Numbered from the stretch's first letter, positions 1 through 12,763 are shown. The stretch is 39,881 bases of DNA from Octopus sinensis (GCF_006345805.1 NW_021835557.1:1-39881); one strand, 5' to 3'. Numbers and translations are program-made. Notes: a model not told the origin generated them from the sequence alone.

Positions 1-56
1 CTCGACTGGTCCCCTCCCCAAAATTACGGGTCTTGTACCTAGAGTAGAAAAGAATA
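1..56 (+). mobile_element. 3' tail of a family-A SINE, cut by the window edge
   Basis: CGACT..CCCCTCCCCAAAATT..GGTCTTGTACCT resembles the tails of the family-A copies at 2301-2520 and 6037-6242. Confidence 0.55.
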
Positions 57-325
57 CCTTTTTTACGCATAGTTTAAAGTTTCGTTGTCTCTGAGGACGG
101 ACCCATTTCATCAGATCCATCGTGCAGGCCCATGAAACTTCTAACTATACGGAGCTGACTCATTTAACCTCTATCAAATGTGTTTTCGTTCATATCTATA
201 TAATTTAAAAGTAGGATAAAATCTTCATAAGAATTTATCAAGTAGTCAGCGTGAAAAACCACCAATCTTTTCATTTAAATATATTTATTTATATTATATA
301 GAGGGTATTATTACACATAGATGCC

Positions 326-329
326 CTCT

Positions 330-403
<74 letters not shown>

Positions 404-570
404 CATATATATATATATATATATACATACATATATATATACAATCATACATACATATATATATTTATGTATGTATGCATGTATGTATATATGTATGTAT
501 ATATGTACATACGTGTATATATACATGTCTTTGTGTGTGCGTATGTCTGTGTAGGCCCGTATGTGTGTGA
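326..570. repeat. Compound (TA)/(TG)/(TATG) microsatellite
   Basis: Directly visible; produces the YI/CV ORFs at 311-586. Confidence 0.95.
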
Positions 571-779
571 TTGCTTATTCTTCTAAATTTTATTTCAAAA
601 TTTTTTTCAATAAAGAAAACCATGAAATCTAACCAAAAAGCAAGGTTCTTTCAAATCACATTGGCCAATTGGTCAAATTTGGTCAAAATGACTTCACCAG
701 CAGCAAAAAGATCTAAAATTTCAACAAAAACAAGGTACATTAATGTTCAGGAATGTTTAAAGTCTTGCATAAACTGTTC

Positions 780-1086
780 AGTTACTGTATATGTATGTGT
801 GCTTGTTTGTGTGTGAGCATGCGTATTTGTGCGTACATGCACATTTCTTGTCAAACATATCTGACGATTGTAAGGTCTCTTTTGCTTCTTAAGGAAGTTT
901 GGCCGTGTATGAAACTTATTCTTAATTCGTTTATAATTTTGCATTTGGATTAAATATGCATACATAAAAACATGCTCACACATATACACACACATACATA
1001 TATATGTATATATATATACACACACACACACCAACATACATGTGTGTGTATATACGTGTCTATATATGTGTGCGTATGTTTGATTT

Positions 1087-1136
<50 letters not shown>

Positions 1137-1210
1137 TGTATGTGCGTGCGTGTGTGTGCGCTTGCGTGTGTGTATGTGTGATTGTAGGTATGTAGTTATG
1201 TATGTGCATG
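780..1210. repeat. Degenerate compound (TG)/(CA)/(TA)/(TATG) microsatellite
   Basis: Directly visible. Confidence 0.9.
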
Positions 1211-1382
1211 TGAATTTAAATACTTTCTCTTATCTATGATAAATTTCTGAAATCATTTTCTTCTTTTTGTTTTGTAATGTATTTATGCATGCGTACTATT
1301 TGAAGGGCGGGCGGGGGAATATCTGGAACCGTTTTGAAGATTCAGCAGCTTAAATTGTAATGAGCGAATGAATCGCACCACG

Positions 1383-1978
1383 GAGTTTTTCATTTCATAT
1401 TGTATTTCTTTATTGTCATTTCCCTTTTTTCGTTTTTTTCATTTCATTTTTCATTCAATTTTTTTCATTTCATTTTTCATTTCTATTTTTCATTTTTTCA
1501 TTCCACTTTTTCATTTCATTTCATATTTTATTTCATATTTTATTTCATTTTTCATTTCATTTTTCATTTCATTTTTCATTTTATTTTTCATTCCATTTTT
1601 TAATTTTATTTTTCAGTTTTTCATTCCATTTTTTCATTTCATTTTTCATTTCATTTTTCATTTTATTTTTCATTCCATTTTTCATTTTTGAATTTCCATT
1701 TTTGAATTTTATTTTTCAGTTTTTCATTCCATTTTTTCATTTCATTTTTCATTTCATTTTTCATTTCATTTTTTCATTCCATTTTTTCATTTCATTTTTT
1801 ATTTCATTTTTCATTTCATTTTTCATTTCATTTTTTCATTCCATTTTTTCATTTCATTTTTTATTTCATTTTTCATTTCATTTTTCATTTCCATTTTTCG
1901 GTTTTTCATTCCATTTTTTCATTTCATTTTTCATTTCATTTTTCTTTCATTCCCTTTTTTTCATTTCATTCTTCATTT
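1383..1978. repeat. About 600-bp T-rich degenerate satellite of TTTCA/TTCCA/TTTTTCA units
   Basis: Recurring ATTTCATTTTTC-type units; a larger block recurs near 1600 and 1700. Confidence 0.9.
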
Positions 1979-2300
1979 TGTTAATGAAACATGTTACTAT
2001 AAGTACAGATGCATCGTCAACTGTTGAAGTGGTTAATATAAAGATCATTGAGTCGTGAGTTCGTTTCTGGAAGCAGACACCGTGTTATATTCTTGCGCAA
2101 CGCATTTCATTTCCCATTTCTCGAGCACAATGGCTACTTGTGGATCTTGGAGGTTAACTCTGTAACAGTGTGGCATCCTATTGAAGGGGTTAAATTTTTT
2201 TATTTTCAAACTTAAATTCTTAAAAATCAGAACCATTAGCCCCTTGGACCTGGGAGATCAAAGCAGACATTTATTGTGTTAACATATTATATGCACACTC

Positions 2301-2520
2301 AAGGCAGCAAACTGGCAGAAATCGTTACCGCACCGAATAAAATACTTAACGGCATTTCGTTCGTCTTTACGTTCTGAGTTCAAATTCCGCCGAGGTCGAC
2401 TCTGCTTTTCATCCTTTCAGATTCGATAAAATAAGTACCAGTTGAATACTGGGGTCGATGTAATCGACTTGCCCCGGCTCCTAAAATTGCTGGCCTTGTG
2501 TTAAAATTTGAAGCCAATAT
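2301..2520 (+). mobile_element. Family-A tRNA-derived SINE
   Basis: Head GGCAGC..CTGGCAGAA, B-box-like GAGTTCAAATTCC, central GTCGAC..TTTCATCCTTTC..GATAAAATAAGTACCAG and tail, all matching 19630-19862. Confidence 0.9.
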
Positions 2521-2769
2521 ATTATATGCACAATTCAAAGTGTTGTAATTCAATTAATGATTAATTAGTGTCACTAGGTTTATTTCTTCGAGTTGCGTGG
2601 TGGAAATGATGACATGAATAAAGAAAAAAAAGCGGTAATATCCGACTCCAGGGCAGGCCTCTGGCCCTTCACTTCAGAAGTTCCCGTCCTTTTGCTCATT
2701 CAAGCAGGTCCTCCATCGATCGATCGCTGAAGTAGTCAGACTTGTCACAACTTCACTTTATTATTTATT

Positions 2770-2900
2770 TTTGCCAACTGACTGGACTAGGGCAACGTGA
2801 AATGAAGTGTTTCGCTCAAGAACACAACACGTCGCTTGGTCCAGGAATCGAAACAGCAATCTTATGATCATGTGTGCAACACCTTAACCACAAAGCCATA
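2770..2900 (-). mobile_element. Family-B SINE 5' part (head plus CORE-like domain)
   Basis: Reverse complement reads GGTTAAGG..TTCGATTCCTGG..GTTGTGTTCTTGAGCGAAACACTT, matching 10319-10639. Confidence 0.8.
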
Positions 2901-3209
2901 TTCCTCCATATAACATAAATAGCGAAAAATAATTCCCACAGAGAATCGAAACTACACTGCTAAATCCATAGCAGTCTATTCCACGGGACCACCAACATTT
3001 CAGGTAATAGCATTCTATTTACATCCCTTCTAATTAAGCATTGGAATGCATGTTTTAATTAAATCTATGCTATTAATTAAATTAATAACGGTTTGTCACT
3101 AATGGAATGAGTGGAACTAGATTTATTAATTTGATGAACAGATCTGGTCAAATTGTATTAAGGGGAAACGAAGAAAAACACACACCACAACACAAGTATG
3201 TGTGTGTGT

Positions 3210-3255
<46 letters not shown>

Positions 3256-3333
3256 CACGCACACACACACACAATTATATATATATATATACATATATAT
3301 ATATAACACACATATATAATTCTTTTATTTTTT

Positions 3334-3750
3334 TCTTTTACTTGTTTTAATCATTTGACTGTGGCCATGCTGCAGTACTACCTTTTAGTGGAACAAATCG
3401 ACCTACTACTTATTCCACCGGTCACTAATGTTGAGCCGCCAAGTTACAGGCGACGTAAACACACCAACTGTGATGGTGGGGGAGTGGGACAAACACAGAC
3501 ACACAAATACACACACACACACATACACACAAATACTCACACACACACACATACACAAACACACACACAGACATATATATATATATGATAGGCTTCTTTC
3601 TGTTTCCGTCTACCAGATCCACTCACAAGGCTTTGGTCGGTCCAAGGCTATAATAGAAGGCACTTGCTCAAGGTGCCACGCAGTGGGGCTGAACCCAGAA
3701 CCATGTCGTTGGGAAGCAAGCTTCTTACCACACAGCCACACACTGCGCCT
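3334..3750 (-). mobile_element. Family-C SINE, near full length, with internal (TA)/(TG) microsatellite
   Basis: Minus strand: head AGGCGCAG..TGGCTGTGTGG, GGTTCAGCCCC, CORE-like GGCACCTTGAGCAAGTG, microsatellite, tail ending CAAGTAAAAGA. Confidence 0.9.
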
Positions 3751-4348
3751 ATATACATATATATATACACATAAAGCGTTGCAACTACTTATTATCTTCA
3801 ATTGGAGATGAAGACTTTTGACAGCAATAACTAATTTGATAATATTAAGCAGAGGATATGCCAAGAATGTGAAGATGTTTGGGATCCACTATTTTTAATA
3901 ACAATAACCAGTTTCATTAGATTCGCCAAGATTAAAATAAGCGCTCTGTATATTCAGTTAGCGCCATGTGTATGCGCGTGCGTGTATGCGTGTGTATATG
4001 GGTGCACGTGCGAAAGTACATGTGTATGTGTACGTGTTCGTGAGTGCGTACATGTGTGTGCATGTGTATATATATGTATGTGCTTATGTGCTGCTACTGC
4101 TTTGTGTGTGACTATACATATATGTTGGCATTTTGCGTATACGCAATGTTATATATGAGCTGTCAAACTGATTTTACAACAAATCGACAACTTTTCCAGG
4201 CTATGGGCTCGAGCCTTCTTTGTTCTCATAATTAAAGATGCTAACAATTCACTTGTTTTATATTAATTAATCAATTAATAATGTTAATTATGTTGTTATG
4301 TCATTTTGGACCGGCAGAAGCAATACATATACATATCGAGAAACAAAC

Positions 4349-4383
<35 letters not shown>

Positions 4384-4563
4384 CATACGTTATAAACATA
4401 TCTAGGTATATATCATATACATATGCACGCATACATATATATAAGCGTGCTTATATCCTATGTATACATATGTGTGTACGTGTGTATGTATTGTTGCATA
4501 TACATGCACACTCACACAGATATACACACACATATGTGTACGTATGCATACATATATAATATA

Positions 4564-4945
4564 GACTAGCAGTATCGCCCGGCGTTGCTCGAGTTTGTTT
4601 CGACCCTTTAGAATTCGAAAAGTAAAAATTTTGCATTATGTAGCTTGTTATTCTCTTTAAGTGAACATTTTTCCGGTTGAAATACACCGAAAAATGGCGA
4701 CACAGCAGTCAAAAAGTCATAAAAAATGGGGATTTTCAGAGAAAAAAAGCACCTTTTTGATGTAAATAATTTTTGTTCTTAACATGGTCCAATTTGTATT
4801 TTTTCTTTTACGGAATGAAGAGCAAGCCTTCTTCTATCATACTCTCAATTTTGGTCAACTTGTACCGTAGGGTCTAGGAGGAGATAGTGTTGGTTGAAGG
4901 CTACCAAACTTGCCATACACAGACAACTTCAGCTTTATATATATA
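4564..4945 (+). mobile_element. Non-autonomous Helentron/DINE-1/Lep1-like element
   Basis: Starts ACTAGCAGTATCGCCCGGCGTTGCTCG and ends ACAGACAACTTCAGCTTTATATATA inside a TA tract; resembles recalled Lep1/HINE termini. Confidence 0.55.
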
Positions 4946-5294
4946 TGTAGTAGCAGAAAACACAGAATGCTCCTCCATTTCTCGTCCGGTTGTAATCATC
5001 AGCTGAGCACCGTGCTCCGGCAAGATTTCGGCTCCATAAAGCTCAGTATCTCTCCACACGGTGTGCCTGCAACAGCTGGACGTATTGCGTTGCAACCGGA
5101 CTCATAACAGTTCTGTGGTCTTATCCGCATTTATAAACCTCTTGGTAATCCAAGCACTACCCTCAACTGCTTTCTCCCTACATTCTTTCCATCCCTAAGC
5201 GTCTGCTAATATTTTACATGTACCACGTCGTCGCGTTGTTGTTGTTGTTTTTTGTTTGTTCTCCTTTTTTGGATTTATTATATATATTATATAT

Positions 5295-5297
<3 letters not shown>

Positions 5298-5328
<31 letters not shown>

Positions 5329-5365
5329 TGTATGTATGTATGTATGTATGTATGTATGTATGTAT
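5298..5365. repeat. (TATG)n
   Basis: Directly visible. Confidence 0.95.
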
Positions 5366-5469
5366 GCGTATATATCCATACATCGATATATACAAAACCA
5401 GGTAAAGTCAACTTCATCATTCCGTGGGTGTCAATAAAATAAGCACCAATTGCTTTTCTTTGGTTAGTC

Positions 5470-5665
5470 CCAGAGCAGCCCTCATCGAGCTGTCCTATCA
5501 GCAACGGACGTTCCAACCATAACCATCCTTTTCTTCTTTTTATTACATATCTCAAACTACATTATCTAATGTATCCCTCATTTTTCCCAATCGCTAGAGT
5601 ATGTTATGAAGAAGTTGTGCCTGCTATTTTCAGCAAGCCGAATGACCATATAGATGCCCTGTCTG
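5470..5665 (+). mobile_element. Old unclassified dispersed repeat (family E)
   Basis: TTCCAACC..ACCATCC, ACTACATTAT and GAAGAAG..GCCTGCTATTTTCAGCA are shared with 8785-8855, 17660-17765 and 22080-22275. Confidence 0.6.
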
Positions 5666-5839
5666 TGACTCGATAAGTACCAGTCAGGTACTGGGTTCTA
5701 TAAAATCGATTTTCTTTTCTTCCTATAATCTATTGGGTTTTGTGCCTTATTTTGAAATCACTGTATCCTTTACAATGATATTATAAGGACATTCTAACAT
5801 GGAATATAATTCTGTCTGATTAAGTTCACTTTGCACCCA

Positions 5840-5935
5840 CACGAACTCAGGTTCAGTTACATTGATCGGCACCTTGGACAAGGGTTTTTTTTTACTATAG
5901 CCGCAGGCTGACAAATGCCTGGTGAATGAATTCGA
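5840..5935 (+). mobile_element. Degenerate family-C SINE fragment
   Basis: GGTTCAG..GGCACCTTGGACAAG..TACTATAGCC. Confidence 0.6.
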
Positions 5936-6036
5936 AGTCCCAACATCCCACAATTCAAAAATTAAAACAATTAAATGATAAAAGATAAACAATGAATAAA
6001 TGATATTTCTTTTTGTTTTTTGTTTTTTTTATTCTA

Positions 6037-6242
6037 TTCTAGGCACAAAGCCCGAAATTTTAGGGGATGGAGCCAGTCGATAAGATCGACCCCAATACGC
6101 AACTGGTACTTAATTTATCGACCCCGAAAGAATGAAAGGCAAAATCGACAACGGCAGAATTTGAACTCAGAACGTAAGGACAGACGAAATACTGCTAAGC
6201 ATTTAGTCCGGCGTGCTAACGTTTCTGCCAACTCACTGCCTT
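6037..6242 (-). mobile_element. Family-A SINE
   Basis: Reverse complement matches 19630-19800 in head and central domain. Confidence 0.9.
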
Positions 6243-6354
6243 TGAATAACTGATATTTCGACGCAAAAATGCCCTAATCATACTAATCATAGATCCAATA
6301 CAACAAATTAACCACAAATACTTATGATATTAAACTCCAGTTGACTCGCCGACA

Positions 6355-6355
<1 letters not shown>

Positions 6356-6431
<76 letters not shown>

Positions 6432-6446
6432 CTCTATCTATCTATC

Positions 6447-6479
<33 letters not shown>

Positions 6480-6550
6480 GCTAGGTAGCTATGTTATTTA
6501 TCTGTCTATCCATGTCCTCTTTCTCTCATTTTCTCCTCACTCGCTCATTT

Positions 6551-6581
<31 letters not shown>

Positions 6582-6643
6582 ACATACATTCATACACATA
6601 CTCACATATATGTTTATTTATCATTTATCTATCTGTCCAGTAC

Positions 6644-6728
<85 letters not shown>
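6356..6728. repeat. Two (TATC)n arrays (6356-6478, 6643-6728) with a CT/CA spacer
   Basis: Directly visible. Confidence 0.95.
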
Positions 6729-6861
6729 GATTTATTTACCGGTCTCACTGTCTGTCTGTCTATCTCCGCCAATAATTTTCTTCTAAAAGGAATAAATATC
6801 ACGAAATCTATTTCACGATATGCAATAAGTATTATGTGTTTGTGTTTCGCAGAAATTAAGC

Positions 6862-7053
6862 CACGAATCGCAAGAGCGTCGGAGGAATTTCTCACCGTAT
6901 TTTGTTACACCGCTCTACGTCCGCAGTTCAAATCACACCAAAATCAAATTCGACTTTCATCAGTCCTGGATCAATAAAATAAAGCACTAGCGCATATAAT
7001 CGATTATTTTCCTTCCCTAAAATTTCAATCATGGTACTTATGTTAGAAACAGT
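6862..7053 (+). mobile_element. Highly degenerate family-A SINE
   Basis: CTACGT..GTTCAAATC..GACTTTCATC..ATAAAATAA..TAATCGA in the family-A order. Confidence 0.5.
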
Positions 7054-7124
7054 TATTTACTCATTTCAAAATATAAATTTCCTGCTATTATTAATTATCT
7101 AACATAGGAATAATGATAATAATG

Positions 7125-7335
7125 GTTTCGAATTCAAATTATAGCAAAAGGCTAATAAGTTGGGGGACGAGCTAAATCGATTATGCCAACCCCAGTATTC
7201 AACTGGTACTTATTTTCACGACCCCGAAAGGATAAACTGTAAAATCAACCTCGGCGGAATTTGAACACAGAACATAAAGACGGAAGAAATGCCACTAAGC
7301 ATTTTTCCAGTCTGCTAACGATTCTGCCAGTTCAT
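7125..7335 (-). mobile_element. Family-A SINE
   Basis: CTGGTACTTATTTT..GACCCCGAAAGGAT..CTCGGCGGAATTTGAAC..CTAACGATTCTGCCAG. Confidence 0.85.
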
Positions 7336-7341
7336 AAGCTT

Positions 7342-7396
<55 letters not shown>

Positions 7397-7402
7397 TAAT
7401 AA

Positions 7403-7735
7403 TCTCTTTTACTCTTTTACATGTTTCAGTCATTTGACTGTGGCCATGCTGGAGCACCGCCTTTAGTCGAGCAAATCGACCCCGGGACTTATTCTTTGTA
7501 AGCCCAGTACTTATTCTATCGGTCTCTTTTGTGACGGAGACGTAAATACACCAGCATCGGTTGTCAAGCAATGCTAGGGGGGGGGGCAAACACGGACACA
7601 CAAACACATACACATGCATATATATATATACATATATACGACAGGCTTCTTTCAGTTTCCGTCTACCAAATCCACTCACAAGGCATTGGTCGGCCCGAGG
7701 CTATAGCAGAAGACACTTGCCCAAGATGCCACGCA
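7403..7735 (-). mobile_element. Family-C SINE lacking its tRNA head, with internal microsatellite
   Basis: Tail and CORE-like domain match 3334-3750 and 32181-32344; it stops at GATGCCACGCA against an (AAT)n array. Confidence 0.9.
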
Positions 7736-7961
<226 letters not shown>

Positions 7962-8085
7962 ATCCTACGCAGAACACTTTCCATACAATAACCATCAGAG
8001 CATCACAACAAATCACAGCACATACCCAAGGCACACAGAGCTGCGCTCGGTAGTGAAGTGAAAGCACGCTATAAAAATAAAACTA

Positions 8086-8151
<66 letters not shown>

Positions 8152-8154
<3 letters not shown>

Positions 8155-8408
8155 TTCAAATTTTTGCCGCAAGGGCAGCTTGGGGAAGATAATTAAGTCG
8201 ATTACAGGCCTGAAATTTGGGGTGGGGGAGGTGTCTAGTCAATTACATCGACTCCAGTGTTTCACTAGTACTTAATTGATCAATCCCGAATGAAAGGATG
8301 AAATGCAAAGTCGACCTCCGTGAAATTTGAACTTAGAACGTAGCGACAGACGAAACGCGGCTAAGCATTTCGCCCGACGTGCTAATAGTTCTGCCAACTC
8401 GCCGCCTT
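8152..8408 (-). mobile_element. Family-A SINE with two tandem tail variants
   Basis: Head CTGCCAACTCGCCGCC at 8391-8406; tail motif TCGATTACA/TCAATTACA occurs twice. Confidence 0.85.
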
Positions 8409-8557
8409 TATAATGATGATGATGATGATAATGATGATAATGGTGATTTCTTTATCACTAAGGGTTCACAAAGAAACATTGGGGACGATACTGGACAGTA
8501 CTATATGGGGGTTACATCACTAGAAGCGTGTTCGTAATAATAATAATAATAATAATA

Positions 8558-8590
<33 letters not shown>

Positions 8591-8601
8591 TGATGATGAT
8601 G

Positions 8602-8655
<54 letters not shown>

Positions 8656-9114
8656 TATAAATATATAATAAAACGTTGGACGAGATAACGATTGAATCAC
8701 ATCAAAGATATCAATTACTCGTAAACCATTAATTTCGGTTTTCGTTTGTTGTGTCTCTTGCCACATTCTGCAGACTGATTAAACATACTGGGAGAGGCTC
8801 GATGCAGCCGCTAGATGTGCTAGAAATAGTAACCAAATATTCTATAAATCACAGTTTACTATCTGGAATAAAGAAGTATTCGTTAACGATGAATTGATGA
8901 AATTCGTCCGGAAGCGAGAGACAGATAGAGAGAAAGAAAAGAAAGAGAGAGAAGGAGAGTGAGTGGGGAGAGATGTGGAATGAGAAACAAATAGACAGGG
9001 AAATTTGGCTTTGTTTTTGTAAGCTAACGAGTGTAAATATATCTACTGTTGAACTACCAAAATGGTTTCCTCGGTGATTTTTTTCAATATATAGCTGAGT
9101 GCGCATCCGTATAT

Positions 9115-9163
<49 letters not shown>

Positions 9164-10318
9164 CGTGTGTGTGTTCATGTGTTTGCGTACGGGTGTTCGT
9201 GTTCTTGTGTGTGCGCGCGTGTGTGCGTGTGTGTTCATAAAGCAATATACCTCTACATTTGAGGCCCTATGTCAATGTTAGAAATCAGTATCATCATCAT
9301 CATCATCATCATCATCATTATCATTTTCATCATGATACCTAAGAGTGTAGCGGATTGTCAGAAGAAGTAATGAATCGGACAAAGTTCTCCTCTGTTTTAA
9401 TTAGACTCGTTTACGTTCTGTGTTCAAATTCAGTTAGGATTTATTTTTACCTTTCGTCTTTCCTGGGTCGTATTGTCTGCAATTTCCAAAGCCTAATTCA
9501 TTGACAAATTCTCATGGGACTCACTCAAACATTTCAAATTGTTCAACCGGCGAAACTTAAAAGTAAACTATAGCTGTATTATGTGTATAAGAAATATCAA
9601 TTGCCAGCAGAAAGCACGCCGATCCTCATTAACAAGCGAAGAGGCCTGGAGAATAATTCCGTAAACTATTCGCAGCAGAGTATAACCCGTGAACAGGACT
9701 ACAGAATTTCTGCAATCCAACATCACATGAGAGATAGCTTCAATTGTCAAAGGAGAATATCATTTCCATCAAACTCCCCGAACAGGAATTCTAATTTCTT
9801 AAGCTGCTATCTTAATTTCCAGAGACATACAATTCATAAATCCATTTTTGTGAAAGACACGCTCGTTGTCTCAGCCATAGTTTTCCTTTTAGACATGTAG
9901 CCAAAAGAGAAACCATCGAAGCATTATCAGTTTATATATGGCTTCTGAAAGATATTTTCTTCTATGCTGAACTTTTGGTGGTGGTAGACTCAAGACAATA
10001 AAGCGATGTATCCAAGAAGGATAAGATTTCCTTCTCATTTAATTAATGGTACGGTACCATATTTAAACATTCACCTGTATTGTCTGGAATTTGTTACCTG
10101 TCAAAGATTAGATTAATTCAACTCCACTTTTATTTTCACTGCTAATTAGATAAGATTTCGATGGACTCACTTCATTTTCGGAATTGTCTCCCTTAGATAG
10201 AGTTCATGCATTGATCTGTTTCCCCTCTTCTCAATGAATTTAAGCGTGTTGATTAAATAAAGTTTTGAAACTGGTGTTTCTAGGCATAATTTATTACGTA
10301 TTATTTCTCTCTCTTAAA

Positions 10319-10639
10319 GACTCCGCCGGTTACGACGACGAGGGTCCCAGCTGATACGATCAACGGAACAGCTTGCTCGTGAAATTAACGTGCAAATGGC
10401 TGAGCATTCCACAGACACGTGTACCCTTAACGTAGTTCTCGGGGATAATCAGCGTGACACAGAGAGTGACAAGGCTGACCCTTTGAAATACAAGTACAAC
10501 TCATTTTTGCCAGCTGAGTGGACTGGAGCAACGTGAAATAAAGTGTCTTGCTCAAGGACACAACGCGTCGCCGGGAATCGAACTCACAACCTTACGATCA
10601 TGAGCCAAATGCCCTAACCACTCAGCTACGCGCCCTCAC
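10319..10639 (-). mobile_element. Family-B SINE, full length
   Basis: Minus strand: A-box-like TAGCTGAGTGG, B-box GAGTTCGATTCC, CORE-like TGTGTCCTTGAGCAAGACACTT and long tail ending GTCGTAACCGGCGGAGTC. Confidence 0.9.
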
Positions 10640-11084
10640 TACGTATTATTATGAACTCGTTGATGTCTGTCAAGAAGCCAGTTCCCTTTTCTTGTTCCTG
10701 AATGGTTCTGTCGTGAGATGCATGCCGTACTTTTATAATCCAACCACAGAATCCAAACAAAGATTTATGTATTTTGTTTTTAATCGACGTGAAGGGTAGA
10801 TGGGTACCGTTACAGTGTGGGAAAATAACATCAAAAGGGCAAAACATATTTATAGAACAGAAAGTAAATACCTCGTCAGAGGTACCCAAGTAAAAAAAAC
10901 ATTATTAGAAAAGAAACATTAAAATCATTTAAAAGAGGTACCCGATGACCGAAAAACCTAGAGTACCAATACTGCACATGTAACAATCATTTCAACTACA
11001 CGGCATAGAACTACTTTTCTCTCTCTCCGCATTATCTCTCCCGCTTTCTCTTCTCTCTCTCTCTCCTCGTTTATTTTCTCTTCC

Positions 11085-11113
11085 TTGATAAAGAGCTTGT
11101 AGCTCGAAACATC
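11085..11113 (+). ncRNA. Degenerate hammerhead-like motif (probably inactive)
   Basis: TTGATAA-A-GAGC-TTGTA-GCTC-GAAAC-ATC: perfect 4-bp stem II and GAAAC, two transitions in CTGATGA, no stem I recoverable. Confidence 0.35.
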
Positions 11114-11501
11114 AAACATTTACCATTCTTCACTGTAACTACATTTATTGGAACTATCGCACCTCTTCCTGGATTGTTTCTGACACAGATTCTCACCAGT
11201 TTCTCTTCATTCTCGATTCTACCATTTCATTTAGCGACTGTTATGAGGCGAATTAGCAGAATCGCTGGTTGATTCGAAACCCTGTGAGGTTTACTCCAGT
11301 CTTCTGCACGTTGAAATTAAATCTCATCGGATTCAACTTCGATTTTCGACTTTCCGAGGCCAATGAAAATGAAATACCGATCTAGGATAACGGGTGGGTG
11401 AGAAATATAGCTGTCGAGCGAGCTGCCTTGCTGTATCTTGCCCTCTGAGTTCAAATTCTACATATATATATATATATACACATACACAAACACACAGGCA
11501 T

Positions 11502-11546
<45 letters not shown>

Positions 11547-11547
<1 letters not shown>

Positions 11548-11917
11548 AGTAGAACCTCGCTGTACGAGTGCCTCATTGTACGAGTAATTTGCTGTACGAA
11601 TCGAGACTCGTGAGAATTTTTGTCTTAAAGTACGAGCAGAAATCCGCAGTACGAGCACACAAATCGCCCCATCTTTAAGGTAATTCAGTTAATAAAACCA
11701 GTTTACATATTTCTTTTGTATTCTCTTTTTTATAATTATTATTTTACTTGTAACTACACCTTTTCTGTTTTAAAACTCATAAAAATTATTTCTGAGTGGA
11801 GTCTGGAACAGATTAATTATGTTTTAGCTAATTTCAATGGGGAAAATTGACTTGTAAAACGAGTAAATGGTAAGACGAACTCGGTCATGGAACGAATTCA
11901 ACTCGTACGGCGAGTAC
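11547..11917 (+). mobile_element. Tigger/pogo-like MITE
   Basis: Left end CAGTAGAACCTCGCTGTACGAG; right end CTCGTACGGCGAG is its partial inverted copy; five subterminal GTACGA repeats. Confidence 0.7.
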
Positions 11918-12131
11918 ATATATATATATGATGCGGTCACAGGAGTGTGACGAAAAAAAAAATAAATAACACTGAAGCAAAATAACACCAAATATATAGT
12001 GCGTGTGTTTTTATTGGCTAAACTGGCAGAATGACCATTCCGAAATATAACAATATATGTTTCAACACACGACTTCACATAAAAAATCTTGCGCAACAAT
12101 ATATATATACATGTATATTTATATATATATT

Positions 12132-12193
<62 letters not shown>

Positions 12194-12213
12194 ATTATAT
12201 ACACATGTGTATT

Positions 12214-12244
<31 letters not shown>

Positions 12245-12294
12245 GTGTGTGTGTGGTGTGTGTGTGTGTGTGTGTTTGTATGTATGTATACACG

Positions 12295-12425
12295 ATAGGC
12301 ATCCACGTAGTTTCCGTCAACCACATTCACTGAGAAGGTTTGGGTCAGCCGAGGGCCATCGTAGAAAGAACCTGCCAAGGTTGCATACAATGGGATTGAC
12401 CCGAAACCACTTGATTCTGCGCCTA
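12295..12425 (-). mobile_element. Degenerate family-C SINE head/core
   Basis: TTTCCGTC..CCA..TTCAC..AAGG..TTTGG..GCCAAGG..GGGA.TGA.CCCGAAACCA. Confidence 0.65.
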
Positions 12426-12763
12426 TCATAAGATTTCTCACCAAACCTATGAATTACAAAATCAATTATCGATCACTTGTAGAGCTTTTCATCAACTGAA
12501 TAGGTATTGATTTTTTTGTATAGTTATTGATAAATTGTAAAATTATTGATTATTGGTACAAGTATTGACGAATTGTGTGACTATGTATTTTTCGGATTTG
12601 AAGTGATAGGAAATACGTGAATTCTTAGAACTCCTCCTTGAATTTTGGAGACGTGATTGTCTGGCGAGTGATTTGGTCTGAAAGTAAAACAATGACACTT
12701 TATAAAGATATACATTACTCATTCGAAAATACGCAGAAACATATATTATTCTGTGTGAGATGT

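Noticed and set aside
9583-9900. 105-aa ORF in unique sequence
   Set aside because: No recognisable motif on either strand and the length is within chance expectation.
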